Assembly (NCBI RefSeq): GCF_964204645.1
Contig: NC_134035.1
Coordinates: 372,001 to 436,000, forward strand
DNA length: 64,000 nucleotides
From: Tubulanus polymorphus
Taxonomy: Eukaryota > Animalia > Nemertea
Direction: 5' to 3'
Shown: one piece after another, positions 48,939-64,000 of the stretch
Numbering within the stretch: the first letter of the stretch is position 1
How the letters are laid out: each line of letters begins with the position of its first letter
Translations under genes and position numbers: made by a program
Notes under the pieces: generated by a model
The model's database searches: none
Seen by the model: only the letters and a program-made list of their open reading frames with translations
What the model was told of the DNA's origin: nothing

Positions 48939-49259
48939 TGCAAAAGATTTATCTCGTGGGGTTTTGAACGAACAATGTTTCGATTTGTAATTGTAACGTG
49001 CGCATTTGAGCCTGTAACGTGCACATTTCACTCGCGTGAACGTGCCTATCGGTACCATTATGCGAGACTTGTTCAAACTGAACATTAAAGAAGATATTAT
49101 ATCATATCATATGTATGAATATAGAAGGAATGATAATGTAGTAGTTTCGTAGCTGCTGTCCACTGACCACAGATCAAAGTTAATCGCCTGATATGAAGTA
49201 TATATTGTTATAGGGATGTAGTAGTTCTGCGAGAATTCAAACTTATGGGTAATTCTGAG

Positions 49260-50850
49260 TGATCACTCAAAATTACCCATAAGTTTACGCTGACCAATAG
49301 AGAAAGCTGTAAGGCCTAAGAAAAGATGCATTAAGTATAACGTATCTTTCAATATAATGAAGAAGTATTCAATTGGCCATCTGATCACAACAATAGTGAC
49401 TTGTCTTATTGAAGCAATTGTAAAATACCGGAGAGTTAATTGGAGAACCCTGAATTCAAAACAATTCCACACTCAATCGTTTACTTTGAAAACACAATTT
49501 ACAATTAGTGGACATGCATTTTTTCTGCACGAAAAGCATGAAGTATATTATATTTGCTTGTAAAAATTTGAAGTTTTCGGGGAAGATTTTTGGCCTAACC
49601 TGTGAACACGTCCTTGATATATTTTCTTCATATAAGACCGTTGAAATAATGCTGAGAGTTTCGAGGAAAATTGTGGTAGGATGTAAACTTAGGCCGCTTC
49701 GTATCCGTGGAAGGTTGCTAATTATTGAATACACAATAATCATAAGTACCATGAGACTCGATAGAATATCGTTTTTCAATCATACGTACGCGAATTATCG
49801 CGATATAAAGATAAATGGTACTTTAATATACTTGTTAAGTCTTATAATGTATATTTCTTTGGTAGTACAAATCAAGAGTGGATCTGCAGGCCACCTGAGA
49901 CTATTCCACGATCTAAGGTCAGTTGCCAAAAGTAAGTAAGTTTACCAGTGGATAGTTAACATTAATAATGACAATTAAAACTTCATTGCTAAAATAACTT
50001 TGTACTTGTAAAATAGTCACACTCAAATGCGGAGAATCGATAATACGATAATACGATACGAAAACTCACTGTGTACAAACAAATTCAAAAAGATGACCTC
50101 TAGTGAGAAATTGAACGTTGTGTCGTAATGTTCTAATGATAAAACTTGGTTTGAAATTTGAAATCTGTACATAGTGGATCTTTTACATATTAACAGTGTA
50201 TTTGGCCATGTATCATATTGTATAATGGTTAATCTAAACTAACTGGTCCCAGAGTTGTATCCTTAATTCCTGTAATAGAGGATGCAATCTTTTTGCGGCA
50301 AACAGTACAAATAGCTAGAAAAAGCAACGATAGTGCATTGGCAAACTTAAAGCAAGCGTACATTGGTTTGTTTAGGTTTTTCGTTGGGAAAATTAATGTT
50401 TAATCATTATTGAAATATCCGAGGCGAGCTTTTCCAGGAATTTACAAAGTTGAGCTTTACACAAGGAATGCTTTTGTAGTCCGATATCCGTGATTACCTC
50501 TGGCGTGGAGAGATACAATCTAAAACGTAGAGTCAAATATTTTACCACAATTTTCTATGATTAGTAAAAAGATTGGGTACCGGTGATAGACATAAACATG
50601 CAAACAGTAATATCTGAATTCCACTCCATTTCAAACTCATTCATCTTTACACAAACTCCAACTTGTTGAACAGTTCAAAATCGCGTGGCTTGAATTATTG
50701 CGATAGCTAAAATTAGGGACCACGATACTTGCTCATCTACACTGGCTACCAATTTAACAAAGGATTGAATTTGTGTGTTTGATGTTGTAACAATACCATA
50801 CTGAATTATGGTTTCAGTTTCTACTTTTTGATTGAACATTTATATCACAT
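49260..50850 (-). pseudogene. Possible decayed family-B (methuselah/adhesion-like) GPCR fragments
   Basis: 50250-50580 reads YPIFLLIIENCG.IF..T and FKFANALSLLFLAICTVCRKKI (TM5/TM7-like) in one frame with 4 stops. 49460-49780 reads SSLMVLMIIVYSIISNLPRIRSGLSL...YFML (TM1-3-like). Confidence 0.3.
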
Positions 50851-50959
50851 ATTGGGCATCATTTTTACCAGTATATATGGAATAACTTATCCATATATCA
50901 TTTTTTATTTTATATAATCTGACTTTTGAGATGTCATTCAATCAGATGTCATTCATATG

Positions 50960-51200
50960 CGGTCGTCGCTTTCAATAGCCACCACGGACTGGCTCCTTGG
51001 CGATACCTTGGCGGACGATCCCACACGTTTCTTGCTCCAGCCCTAGAATGCTCAATTATAGTCGATATGAACACCCGATTTGAATTCAAATTCTTAAAGA
51101 CTCCTAAAAACACACCTGTGAATTCGATTACTCTAAAGCGCCTTTGAACATTTATATGCAAGAACCAGTGAAATTGGCGCTTTATCAGTTGTATTCATCA
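50960..51200 (+). mobile_element. Decayed 3' end of an L2/CR1-type LINE
   Basis: GGRSHTFLAPAL...FKFLKT resembles the L2 ORF2 terminus (GDRAFSVAAP.LWN...FK..LKT), followed by a GCGCCTTTGA...GGCGCTTTAT tail. Confidence 0.5.
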
Positions 51201-52278
51201 TTCGAACCCACAATTCTCCTTATCCTATGAATGTGGAGACCCATCCTCGTAAGAGAATGAATATATAGGCTCTGTCATTTGATATGAGGCTACGTGTCAT
51301 CTTTAATTGAAATCATGTGATTTCAATTAAAGATGACGCGTGGCCTCATATCATTACTTTATGTTTTTTTTTTAAGGCTGGGCGAGAATATATTCTTATG
51401 TTTTTGTTTCTCTGAATGTTGCTATTTAAGAGTTCAATAATTTCAGTCTTCCAAACAAAGGGTTTTTCTTTATGTTTCGTGTCCTGTTTTTCCATAACCC
51501 TATCGCATTTTAGGTATCTTTTCGCGGATAACCGAAAGTTGTTGTCCGTTTCTAGTAATTTGATGATATATGTCGAATTTAAATTTTAAAAAGAAATCAG
51601 GCATATCTCCTTGTTTGACTAAGTATGAACTCAATTTTAAGGGACACTCCCTTAAAAGGCGCCGAAGTGAAATCATGTGTCGAGTGGAGATGACAGAATT
51701 TCTTCAAAATCGGCGGAGAAAATTGAGTATTTTGAAAATAATAATTTTACATGTATGCAAATCCGTTATATCTCTCTAGAAATAACAATACGACGACAAG
51801 CACTTTCGAATCCGACCACGATATTCGAGAAGTTTCACTAGGGCAGTGGTGGTCAGTGATGGTCAATTTATGAATTTTCAATGGCGAATCCTTTCTAGTT
51901 TGACACCATAATGCGGTATCAGGTAGTGGTCTTTCTACGAAGCCCACGCGGTGAGCGTATTATTATGAAATCTTTTTTTTTTAAACCACGGTACCACGAA
52001 GTAATAAGCATCGTTTAAGCACTTGAAACAGCCATTAACCACTTGAAACTGTCATCATACCGCATCCCCGCAAAGAGGGGTAGTTCAGCAAACCGGAGTT
52101 TTCATTGGCCTCTCTAGACTACCCCGGAAAACTCATAATGGCCGGGAATCGGGGCGGGGTTAGGTTTAGAGATAGAGGTTAGGGGACCAAACCGAAGGTC
52201 TGGAGACCCCACTAGTGCACGGGCAGCGGGTTATCCCTGTAAAAAAGTAGTAAGAGTTAATTGTTGTAGTGAGGCGGT

Positions 52279-53120
52279 CTACGGGACGTTCATGCCTCGG
52301 GGCGTGTTCGTGTCGAGTCGTCGTGTTCGTGTCGAGTCGTCGTATCCAGTCTTGTTCGGCTGCTTCGCGGTTCGGTCTCGTGGACCCTGTAGGTGTTGGA
52401 GACCGTACACCCGAAAGTGTTCGCGGATGTGGTCGACTTGGTTGAAGTGGTCCGAGACTGGAGTCGAATTCTTCGTTCTGATGCGTGAGACGTGATGCGT
52501 GACGCGTTCTCGTAGAGACATTCCGGTTTGGCCGACGTACAGCATGTTGCACTTGGTGCATTCGATGCAGTATACAATTTCACGGGTCGCGCAATTAATT
52601 GTGCTGCGGATCGCGTGCATTTTGTTGTGGCTGCGGCAAACGGTTGTTTCTCGGACGAGTGTACACGTACGACATCTCGGTGTTCTGCATTTCTTGGTGC
52701 CTCGACGTCGGGTTGACGGAGTTCTTTGAGTAGACCTGGATATAGAAGAATTGGAAACAACGGAAGTATTTCTGTTACGATGCGGTGAAGAGGGGACTCG
52801 GGGAGGGGGTGGCTCCGTGGGTTTGAGCTGCGACGAAGTTAGGAGTTCTTTGAGACTCTTGTGCTTGGTGTAGGCGGTGACCGTGGTTACCTCGTCCGAC
52901 CGGGCGGTGGCCGTAGCCAGTTCCGTAAATCTGGTTCGGATGTTACGGGCTAGGGTTCGGTTGGCTTCGGAGTGAGGTAAGATAAGCGGTAAACGCTTTT
53001 TCGGCGGTTCGTTGGCCCGTTGTTGTTCTCGTAGATCTCGTTCGGCGTGGTGCCGTAGAGCTTGGATTTTGATGTGTCGCAGTTCGCGGTCTTTGTAGCC
53101 ACCTCTGAGTACTTTAAGTT
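52279..53120 (-). mobile_element. 5'-truncated, frameshifted Penelope-like element (Neptune type): post-RT region, Zn-finger linker and GIY-YIG endonuclease
   Basis: Minus-strand frames read LRGGYKDREL...LPLILP...TAYTKHKSLKELLTSS, then C-RTPR-C-RT-C, then INCATREIVYCIECTKCNMLYVGQTG-SLRERVTHH...PVSDHF, E-QDWIRRLDT-PRGMN; at least two frameshifts. Confidence 0.9.
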
Positions 53121-53173
53121 TTAGTTAGGGGTCATAGTAGTTAGTTATCTAGTAGTAGTTAGTTGCTCTTCTC

Positions 53174-55724
<2,551 letters not shown>

Positions 55725-56466
55725 TAATCGTTGGTGGTAAGCTTTTACAATCGGATGGGCTTATACTTATGGTTACGTTAGGGGTTATAGATGTTATAAG
55801 TGGTGTCGGGTCAACACGTCCTCGCAGACCCGGTCAAAACGTCCTCGCTTTCGTCGGTCAAAACGTCCTCACTCACGCCGGAATAATTACAAATAATTAC
55901 AACTCACAAAAACATCATGATATCAAACGCTGAGATAGGCCTTCCCCGATGACACTTCGGCAGAACACGTTCTTCAGCGAGAGATGTCCTTTACAATATG
56001 AATTGATGGCGTAGGTTTCGAGATGCGATTGTTGTTTAGAACAAGCACCTGAATTTCATTTTTCTTTTGTTTGTTGTTTCATAGCTTTACATTGATTTTA
56101 AATTCCTGTAGCGTACAAAAAAATAGAAACACACATTAACTTTACGTTTATTATATTATTTATTCCGTCAATACTCAAAATTTTAGATACATACTCTAAA
56201 AATGGAAATGGTACTTGTTCATTGGTCGTCATGATTTAGTATAATATTCATCTTATCGTAGTTTAATTTAGAACTTATTCAGGACGATTGATTTCGGCGC
56301 GTTGTCGTCAAACCATAGGAACGACTAATTCAATCAGTCAGCAGCTGTGTCAGTTTAAACGTTATGGTCGTAATTGTATTTGTAAAACTGAATACAAGAA
56401 ACTGCTGCATTTATCTATTGATGAAATGTTTAGTTTAATTCATCAGTTCTATCATAGAGAACGAGG

Positions 56467-57402
56467 ATGAACGCAACGATTTTCAAGAGGTCGTACGTCG
56501 ACAAATGGATTTTGGCCGCATATGTATTGCCGCCTCTAATCCCGGTCGGTGTTGGTTTAAACGCGATGATCATTGTCATATTTGTCAAACTGAAAACTAA
56601 AAATCGCTGCATCTATTTACTGAAATGTCTCGCTGTTGTCGATATCATATTTCTGGTGATGAAACTCATTCAGGACCCGGTGCGGTTTTATATTCACTAT
56701 GCCACGTGCGGTGATATGATCATTTATTTCGTAGCGCCGCGAATTTCCCCGTACATTTACATATGGCTGACAATGTTGAATAACGGATTTCAAATGTTTC
56801 GTAATTATTTAACTGTAATTATTCAATGCGAACGATTAGTGACTATCATTTTTCTACTGAAGGTACGATATAGGATAAATTTTCTTATCTTATTCTCGTG
56901 TGTCTTTTCTGTGGCTATGTGTTCGTATTACCCGATCACGATGCGTGTAATCTATCAGCCCACATCGAAGCTCGGTCCTCATTACAAAGCATCATTTGCG
57001 CGTGACAGTGTCTTTCTACTAATGAACCGATACATCGACCCGATCTTCCGTATTTTCATACCGAATCTATTAGTTTTCGTAGCGAATATAGCTCTTCTAA
57101 TTGTATTACACGTTAAAACGACGCGTAGGCAAGATATGACCGCCACAACTAGCGATCCGAAACCGCAAAAGGGCATGGCAAAAGCCACGAAAATGGTGCT
57201 TACAATGAGTATCATTTTCACGATTTTAGAATTTCCAGGTTTGCTCGGTAAAATCGGTGGACGCTACGTCCTCGGGCGCGGTTTAAACGTATTAACATTC
57301 TATCTGGTTACATCGATCATCAATTCTTGTATAAATCTTATTCTTTATATAATTGTGAACAAGCAATTTAGAGAAAAGTTCGTTCAGTTGTTGAAATGCT
57401 GA
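56467..57402 (+). CDS. Intronless class A (rhodopsin-like) GPCR, FMRFamide/peptide-receptor-like orphan of an invertebrate expanded family
   Basis: 311 aa with 7 hydrophobic segments: TM1 G-x-x-x-N, TM2 LAVVD, TM3 ERL (DRY equivalent), TM5 IP, TM6 ATKM...FTILEFP, TM7 NSCINLILY, helix 8 NKQFREKF. Confidence 0.9.
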   Translation: MNATIFKRSYVDKWILAAYVLPPLIPVGVGLNAMIIVIFVKLKTKNRCIYLLKCLAVVDIIFLVMKLIQDPVRFYIHYATCGDMIIYFVAPRISPYIYIWLTMLNNGFQMFRNYLTVIIQCERLVTIIFLLKVRYRINFLILFSCVFSVAMCSYYPITMRVIYQPTSKLGPHYKASFARDSVFLLMNRYIDPIFRIFIPNLLVFVANIALLIVLHVKTTRRQDMTATTSDPKPQKGMAKATKMVLTMSIIFTILEFPGLLGKIGGRYVLGRGLNVLTFYLVTSIINSCINLILYIIVNKQFREKFVQLLKC

Positions 57403-59115
57403 TTAAGATCGACATGAGGTTATCCCGCGCTGCTTGCACCGAATAGTCGCTCGGATTTCTTCAGTTCGAGGAATTGAATAAATATAAAAGTTTCCCAAAT
57501 TTAGAGGGTTGTTTTTTGCTCTTTTTTAAAATCTATACACTGCGGCTATATACTGACCAGTGACACTCATAGACTGGTATTAACATTTTATCTCTAGCCT
57601 ATAATCTGTGTAGTGACTGGGGAGTAGTAACTTCCGAACAACCGGGCCTGCAGCGGAGTGTGGTATAGTTCAGGTGGTTTACGACAAACCGCCGGAAATC
57701 CCAAAACAGTTCGCTCTGAAAAATGAATTTGCTGGAAATGAATAAAATCCTAGGCTTGCCGTATGTCCTACCCAATCTTATAGTGCTACAGATACCTAGG
57801 ACTAGCGTTGGACTCCGTAGGGAGCCTTGCATTGCTAACACATAAGTCACTAGGCTCCGTTTTTACCTTCGAGCGCCTTTTCAAAAAGGTCCACTTAAAA
57901 GTCCACATTTTAAGGAAACTTTTATCTATAGGGAAAGCAAACTGCCTATAAAATCGGCCACATTACAGGCCTGGCTACGATATCAATCATCTATCCATTT
58001 ACTCCGGAGAATGAAGCGGAGAATTTCTCCTGCCCCCATAGGAAAATACTGCTTCCCGGAATTAAAACCACCATCGATCACCATTTCTGAGGCTTAGTGC
58101 GTATTGGATTACTGAATAAGTAATACGTATGATTCAGTCTGGTGCCACATTTTCTCCTTCGAATACGCTTCATTCATTTTGCACAGTTATTGACGGGGTC
58201 CAGAGGTCTATGTCTCAGATCCCCGCCTTAAGGGTCCTCTGTGATTTCTGCATTTCCTAGATTGTATTGTTAAGAATATCTCATCAATCAGTCGCTCGGT
58301 CATTCGGTCACCAGTCATCCATTTATCCAGTCAGGCATCAGACCATATTTGTAATGAAGAGGGACCCCAAATCCATTGGCCTGAGAGACAGATTGATGAT
58401 AAAACAAGGGATTTTCTGGACTTTTTCGCCTGGAGAAAGAGTACCAAACAGGTGGGGGATTTCCTTCTATATTCGGCTCGGATGTACTCGCATACCTGTA
58501 CTGGGATACCCCTCTTTCTAAAGGTTTGATTATTTCAAAAGTTAGTTTGGTTATGTGGGGCGAAAACCATTATCAGCCGAGCCCAACTTTCGTTCGACAA
58601 TGAATGGCCAAGGAATGGTTTTGGCCGTTGATGATAGTGACATTAAAAGTAAAATAATCATTCCTTAACTATAATCGAAGTTTTTTAAGGGTTAAGAGGC
58701 GCAAGTTGCGTACATATTTGAACAAAATGTGTCGCGCACGACTTAACTGGAACCATGGCCGTGACCGGGACGTGATTAGTCTATATATATTCTGTACATG
58801 AGTCAGATCGGCTGTCATACGAGACGCACGTAGAGTTTTGTGGGATTCAGGATATTGGATTTTTGAAACGGAAATACGCTATTTAGAACTCTCAAATTCA
58901 AAAACCACCCGTCGTATCTAGGACTAATATGCTGCAACGATCAGTATATATTTGTAGAGATTCAAGATATAGACTCTGGAGCTGCAAGTTTGGTCAGAAA
59001 CGGGCGATTTCAGTCTGAGTCGACATCGTCACGGCGTTGACCATTGTGACGTCATGGTCTTTTGTCCGAATGTGAATGGCCGTGGAATATGTTCGAATGT
59101 TTTCCTGTCACAATC

Positions 59116-59300
59116 GGGCGGACCGGATGGCTTAGTCGGTCGGCGACTAGCGTGTCACCGCTGTGGCCCAGGTTCGAGTCTCGGAGGAGGCGGGTCAGGA
59201 TGTGGCAAGTGATCTCCGGTAAGCGGGCGAGTCGAGAGTACTGTCCTCCCTGGAATGAGGTTGCTAATGCGTGAGTCCTACAAAATAACTGGTGTGGGGT
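59116..59300 (+). mobile_element. tRNA-derived SINE (Asp-like head)
   Basis: TGGCTTAGTCGG A box, AGCG-TGTCAC-CGCT arm and GGTTCGAGTCT B box. Confidence 0.55.
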
Positions 59301-60779
59301 AAATTATGTTTAATTCAGTCGTTTCTGGCTGAATTATTTATTTATCCCACAATACCGGTCCCGGCAGCGGAGTAATTCCCCCAGGGACCTTCGACTTTTT
59401 TACAATATTAGTTTGTTATTTTAAGTTGAGTGGTGAGGGTTTGGGTCATTTTATATTTATTTAATTCCTCGAACTGAAGAAATCCAAGCGACTATTCGGT
59501 ACAAGCAGCGCGCGGTGATCAATCACAGTTCTTTCTCAACTTCCATAATTTTTCACCAGATTTCAGTTAAAGTAGATGTGTACGCGGCGATGTCTGGTGA
59601 ACTTGTGTATAAATTCGGATTGAAAACGACTCTATCCAATAGAGAATCACTCTCTGGAGACCTGCCATACGCTCTACTACACAATTGTGCCGCGTCACTG
59701 CACAAACCCTTAAGCAAACTTCAATATCATAAAGCAAAACTCGAAAAAAGTAAAATTGAGCCGGTATTACAGTTCAAAACCAGACTTAAATAGAAGGGAA
59801 ATCTACACTAAAGTTTGTTGGAGTTTATCTAAACCATTAGCTAAAATTTCAGCATACAATTTTAGGCTAAAATCGTAGCATTCGATATTTCTATCTTTAA
59901 CAATATGTGCCTCTATGAATAGTCGAATTAAACTCGATGACCTGTAGGCCCCATTGAAAATGTTTGGCACGAATTGAATGGTTCTTGCGGATTAGCGTCA
60001 CGGACTCGGGTCTGTCACAGGAATGCGCGATCGAGCTTTCTGATTGATCCAATCCGGTCGCATCGATGATGCACCGTCGCTGATTGGTTGACGTAGGTAT
60101 TAGAAGCGCGGTTCGAGCCGCCCGATGCCAGTCCGAGAACTGATGTCCAGCGATGAAGGTCACCTATAAGAGCTCTGCAACAAGGCGTGAAGAAAGTGTG
60201 GCTTCAAGCGAACAACCAACTAATAAGCGGCTGATGATGTAAGGAGAGACTGGAACGTGAAGGAATTTGTGACGCCTAGCGATTGAGAACGCAAGATGAG
60301 ACTGGCGGCTGATGGTGCAGATGATCGCGGAGGAGATCCCGATACTGCTGCTGCTGTTACTGGTGTTGCTGCTGCTGTTGATGTCGGATTTCAACTACAA
60401 ACAGATGACGGCTAATTTGCTGATGAAGACTAGTTGCTGTTGTCGCTGATTTCCGATGTTCTATTTCGCGCACATTCATACATTATGAATATTGTGTCTT
60501 TTTAGGGTTAAACCGAAACCAGTTCGCTACTACTGACAACTACATGTACACACAATTCGTTTGTCGCAACGTCCTGAACTAGTCTGCTGCTGCTGCTGCT
60601 ACTGCTGCTGCTGCTGCTGCTGCATTGGGAACCGCATCAACTCACATTTTGCTGTTTCGGTATCTTTACATTAAGATAAGGTAATTATATTAAACTTACC
60701 CATCCGTACATTTTGCATCTTCATTAGCTTGACGATTATCCGATTTGTTTTTCAGCTGGCAATATTTGAGTGACGGCAA

Positions 60780-61412
60780 CATCTTCAAACCTCGAGACGC
60801 AGACTCTACCCCGACTACAGAACCATCTTCAAACCTCGAGACGCAGACCCTACTCCGACTACAGTACCATCTTCAAACCTCGAGAAGCAGACTCTACTCC
60901 GACTACAGTACCATCTTCAAACCTCGAGACGCAGACTCTACTCCGACTACAGTACCATCCTCAAACCTCGAGACGCAGACTCTACTCCGACTACAGAACC
61001 ATCTCCAAACCTCGAGACGCACTCCGACTACAGTACCATCTTCAAACCTCGAGACGCAGACCCTACTCCGACTACAGTACCATCTTCAAACCTCGAGACG
61101 CAGACTCTACTCCGACTACAGTACCATCTTCAAACCTCGAGAAGCAGACTCTACTCCGACTACAGTACCATCTTCAAACCTCGAGACGCAGACTCTACTC
61201 CGACTACAGAACCATCTTCAAACCTCGAGACGCAGACTCTACTCCGACTACAGAACCATTCTCAAACCTCGAGACGCACTCCGACTACAGTACCATCTTC
61301 AAACCTCGAGACGCAGACTCTACTCCGACTACAGAACCATCTTCAAACCTCGAGACGCAGACTCTACTCCGACTTCAGAACCATCTCCAAACCTCGAGAC
61401 GCAGACTCTACT
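60780..61412. repeat. 44-bp minisatellite, about 14-15 copies
   Basis: CATCTTCAAACCTCGAGACGCAGACTCTACTCCGACTACAGWAC; two units are 7 bp shorter. Confidence 0.95.
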
Positions 61413-61774
61413 CGTCATTATTTCGTTTTGCCGCATGTTATAAAAAGTAACGTAAATAAATAAACGTCCATATATAAAATGCTCTCTTTAATAAAATCTC
61501 TTTGTCTCGGGCACTTTGCCCCGGAAAGGACTCTCCCCTCTCACAACTTCCACTTGCCCCGGACTCTCGTACAACTTCTCACGTTCAAGGAAAGGACAAA
61601 GTCAAAAAGGAAAGGACAAACGCAAAGTACAATCAAAGGATTTATTCCAAATTCAAAGTAGGAATTTGTTACAGCTTGTTTGCAAAAGTAAAATTCAACA
61701 TTTTATTGAAACGAACAAAATCAAAATTCAACATTTTTATTTAATCAACAACCAATAAAATTTTATTTAAAATA

Positions 61775-61837
61775 CGGGATTTGAACCACCAACCACTGTC
61801 TAGCAGTCCAGCACCCTACCCACTACGCTATAGGGAC
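61775..61837 (-). mobile_element. tRNA-derived SINE head or pseudo-tRNA
   Basis: GTCCCTATAGCGTAGTGGGTAGGGTGCTGGACTGCTAGACAGTGGTTGGTGGTTCAAATCCCG; the 3' acceptor strand is missing. Confidence 0.55.
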
Positions 61838-61964
61838 GTACTGACAGCCTACAGGGGAACTCATATTTATCCATTGCTTAAGCAAATTTTATCAAAAAAA
61901 TAATGCCATCTACCGGGCGAGACAGGAACTAGTTCCTATCACAACCCGGTAGATGGTGGAGAAT

Positions 61965-62610
61965 GAGACCAGAGATGAGAGATGAGATGAGTATGAGAGA
62001 TGAGAATGAGAAATGAGTATGAGAGATGAGAATGAGAGATGAGGATGAGATGAGGATGAAAGAGTGAGATGAGGATGAGTATGAGATGAGAGATGAGTAT
62101 GAGATGAGTATGAGAGATGAGGATGAGAGATGAGTATGAGATGAGGATGAAAGAGTGAGATGAGTATGAGAGATGAGGATGAGAGATGAGAATGAAGTAT
62201 GAGAGATGAGGATGAGAGATGGCTATGAGAGATGAGGATGAGAAATGAGTATGAGATGAGGATGAAAGAGTGAGATGAGTATGAGAGATGAGGATGAGAG
62301 ATGAGAATGAAGTATGAGAGATGAGGATGAGAGATGGCTATGAGAGATGAGGATGAGAAATGAGTATGAGAGATGAGAAATGAGAATGAGAAATGAGTAT
62401 GAGAGATGAGTATGAGAGATGAGTATGAGAGATGAGTATGAGAGATGAGTATGAGATGAGGATGAAAGAGTGAGATGAGGATGAGTATGAGATGAGTATG
62501 AGAGATGAGTATGAGATGAGGATGAAAGAGTGAGATGAGGATGAGTATGAGAGATGAGTATGAGAGATGAGTATGAGAGATGAGGATGAGAGATGATAGA
62601 GAGAGACAGA
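61965..62610. repeat. Degenerate (ATGAG)n purine-rich simple repeat
   Basis: Direct reading. Confidence 0.9.
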
Positions 62611-64000
62611 GGATAGGATTGTATATCACCTGAACTTCTATGTTCCTCGTTGTTTTCTATCCGGCAGATTCTAGATGCCGTCAGTAGTTTTAGTTTTACA
62701 GTTTTTAGTTCAAACAGATATTTATCCCATCAGCAGCAAAGTCATCACATAGTTAGTCCTCGTGGACATAAAGTTCACTATAACTGAAGTCAAGTTCTCC
62801 CAATATTTGTTCGTTTGTTTGTTTATCCTCCCGGTGAGTTCTAACGCTGCCAACACATATTTTATCCAGTTCATCTGATGTAGTCCTGATCATCAAACAC
62901 AAACGTCAATAATTCCATCCTAATGATGACAAACATCCTAAAAGATATAAATGAAACTTTATAGATTTGAGGCAACCAATCAGTTATACACAGTGTAAAA
63001 GTTAAGTAAAGTTACTGGTGTATCAGAGAAATGGTAGGCTACTCCCCAAAATGAGTGTCAGGGGTCAAATATTTTTTGTCTCCGATTTTGATGAAATTCA
63101 GTATAAACATGTATTCTTGGGTGTTGATCACAAATCTGAACGAATTTTTCGGATCTGAGGCCCAGAAAATGAGAAATTCGAATTATTGGGGGACCCCCTA
63201 AATTTTCAAAAGGCCTTGGACCCCAGAGTTTTCGAGATATTCAAAATCTGATTGCAGATTTGGAATCAGCACCCCTGAAAATATAAAGGACTAAAATTTC
63301 AAGCAAATCGAAGAGATTCGGTTTTTTGGCCAAAAATGGCAAAAATCTAAGGTGTTAGTCCAGGAGTTTTTTTTCGGCGAAAAATTTTTTTTCCCTGATT
63401 CCTTCTAAAATTGGTAGGAATATGTATTCTAAGGTGTAGATTCCGGATCCGCAATCAGATTTTGAATCGGAATTCATCTTCATGGGCAAATATGGGTTTT
63501 AATGCCCAAAATATGCACCCCAAAAATGGGGTACAAAGTCAAAATTTTTTTTTGGCCCAATTTTAATGACACTTAGTGCAGACATGTTTTTTGGGGTGCT
63601 GATTACGAATATGGGGTTAGATTTTGGATCCGAGGCAACTAAAATGAGATATTCAGGATTTCGTGTTTTGACCCCCTTAATTTCGTCACAAATTTTGATG
63701 AAATTTGCCTGGGAAATTCGGCCCAAAATCGAATTTTATTCAATGATCAAATATTCAATTAATTTTTAAGGTAGAAATTGATGCTCTTACTAAAACCCTG
63801 TATTATAATTCCTGCAACAGAATTACAGGCTGCTTCAAATAACCACATTGACAATTCTTATGAAATGCAGTGAACAGTGTTTACAGATAAACTGCTTTCT
63901 CATAATTGTTTTGGAAACTTATAAGAAATTCTACTCACACACTCACTAGCCCTTGTCTAGCAGTAATGGTAGTCCACTGAGTTCCACAAATCCACACCTC

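Noticed and set aside
58260-58520. Possible non-LTR reverse transcriptase remnant (GIPVQVCEYIRAEY, minus strand)
   Set aside because: No recognisable QG..LSP or YADD motif nearby.
60420-60450. Hammerhead-like CTGATGAAGAC
   Set aside because: No GAAA core element after stem II.
60745-61450. 232-aa and 226-aa ORFs
   Set aside because: The 44-bp unit is not a multiple of 3 and cycles through frames; repeat artefact.
61910-62629. 239-aa S/H/L-rich ORF
   Set aside because: Simple-repeat artefact.

Overview
AT-rich, repeat-dense eukaryotic DNA, most likely from an invertebrate animal, with GT-AG introns, an intronless GPCR, Penelope-like elements and MITEs. The species cannot be identified from the sequence alone. 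The main feature is not visible in the ORF track: a minus-strand gene (ATG at 38468, stop at 15044) that I assembled by hand from 42 coding exons into one uninterrupted 746-aa frame. 38 of these exons are micro-exons of 24-63 nt, and 40 of 41 introns are phase 0. Its architecture resembles schistosome micro-exon genes, but the product looks nuclear rather than secreted: several NLS-like clusters, an RRSPRL motif, histone-H3-tail-like peptides and one KH-like module. The exons arose by serial duplication of exon-plus-flank modules, including a triplicated 6-exon cassette. An inverted, scrambled pseudogene of its 3' part lies at 8.2-10.4 kb. Also present are Penelope-type minimal hammerhead ribozymes in its intron 40, a decayed Neptune-type Penelope element, an intronless class A GPCR, a solo LTR, many MITEs and fold-back elements, tRNA-derived SINE heads and numerous mini- and microsatellites. 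All gene models are manual predictions without transcript evidence.
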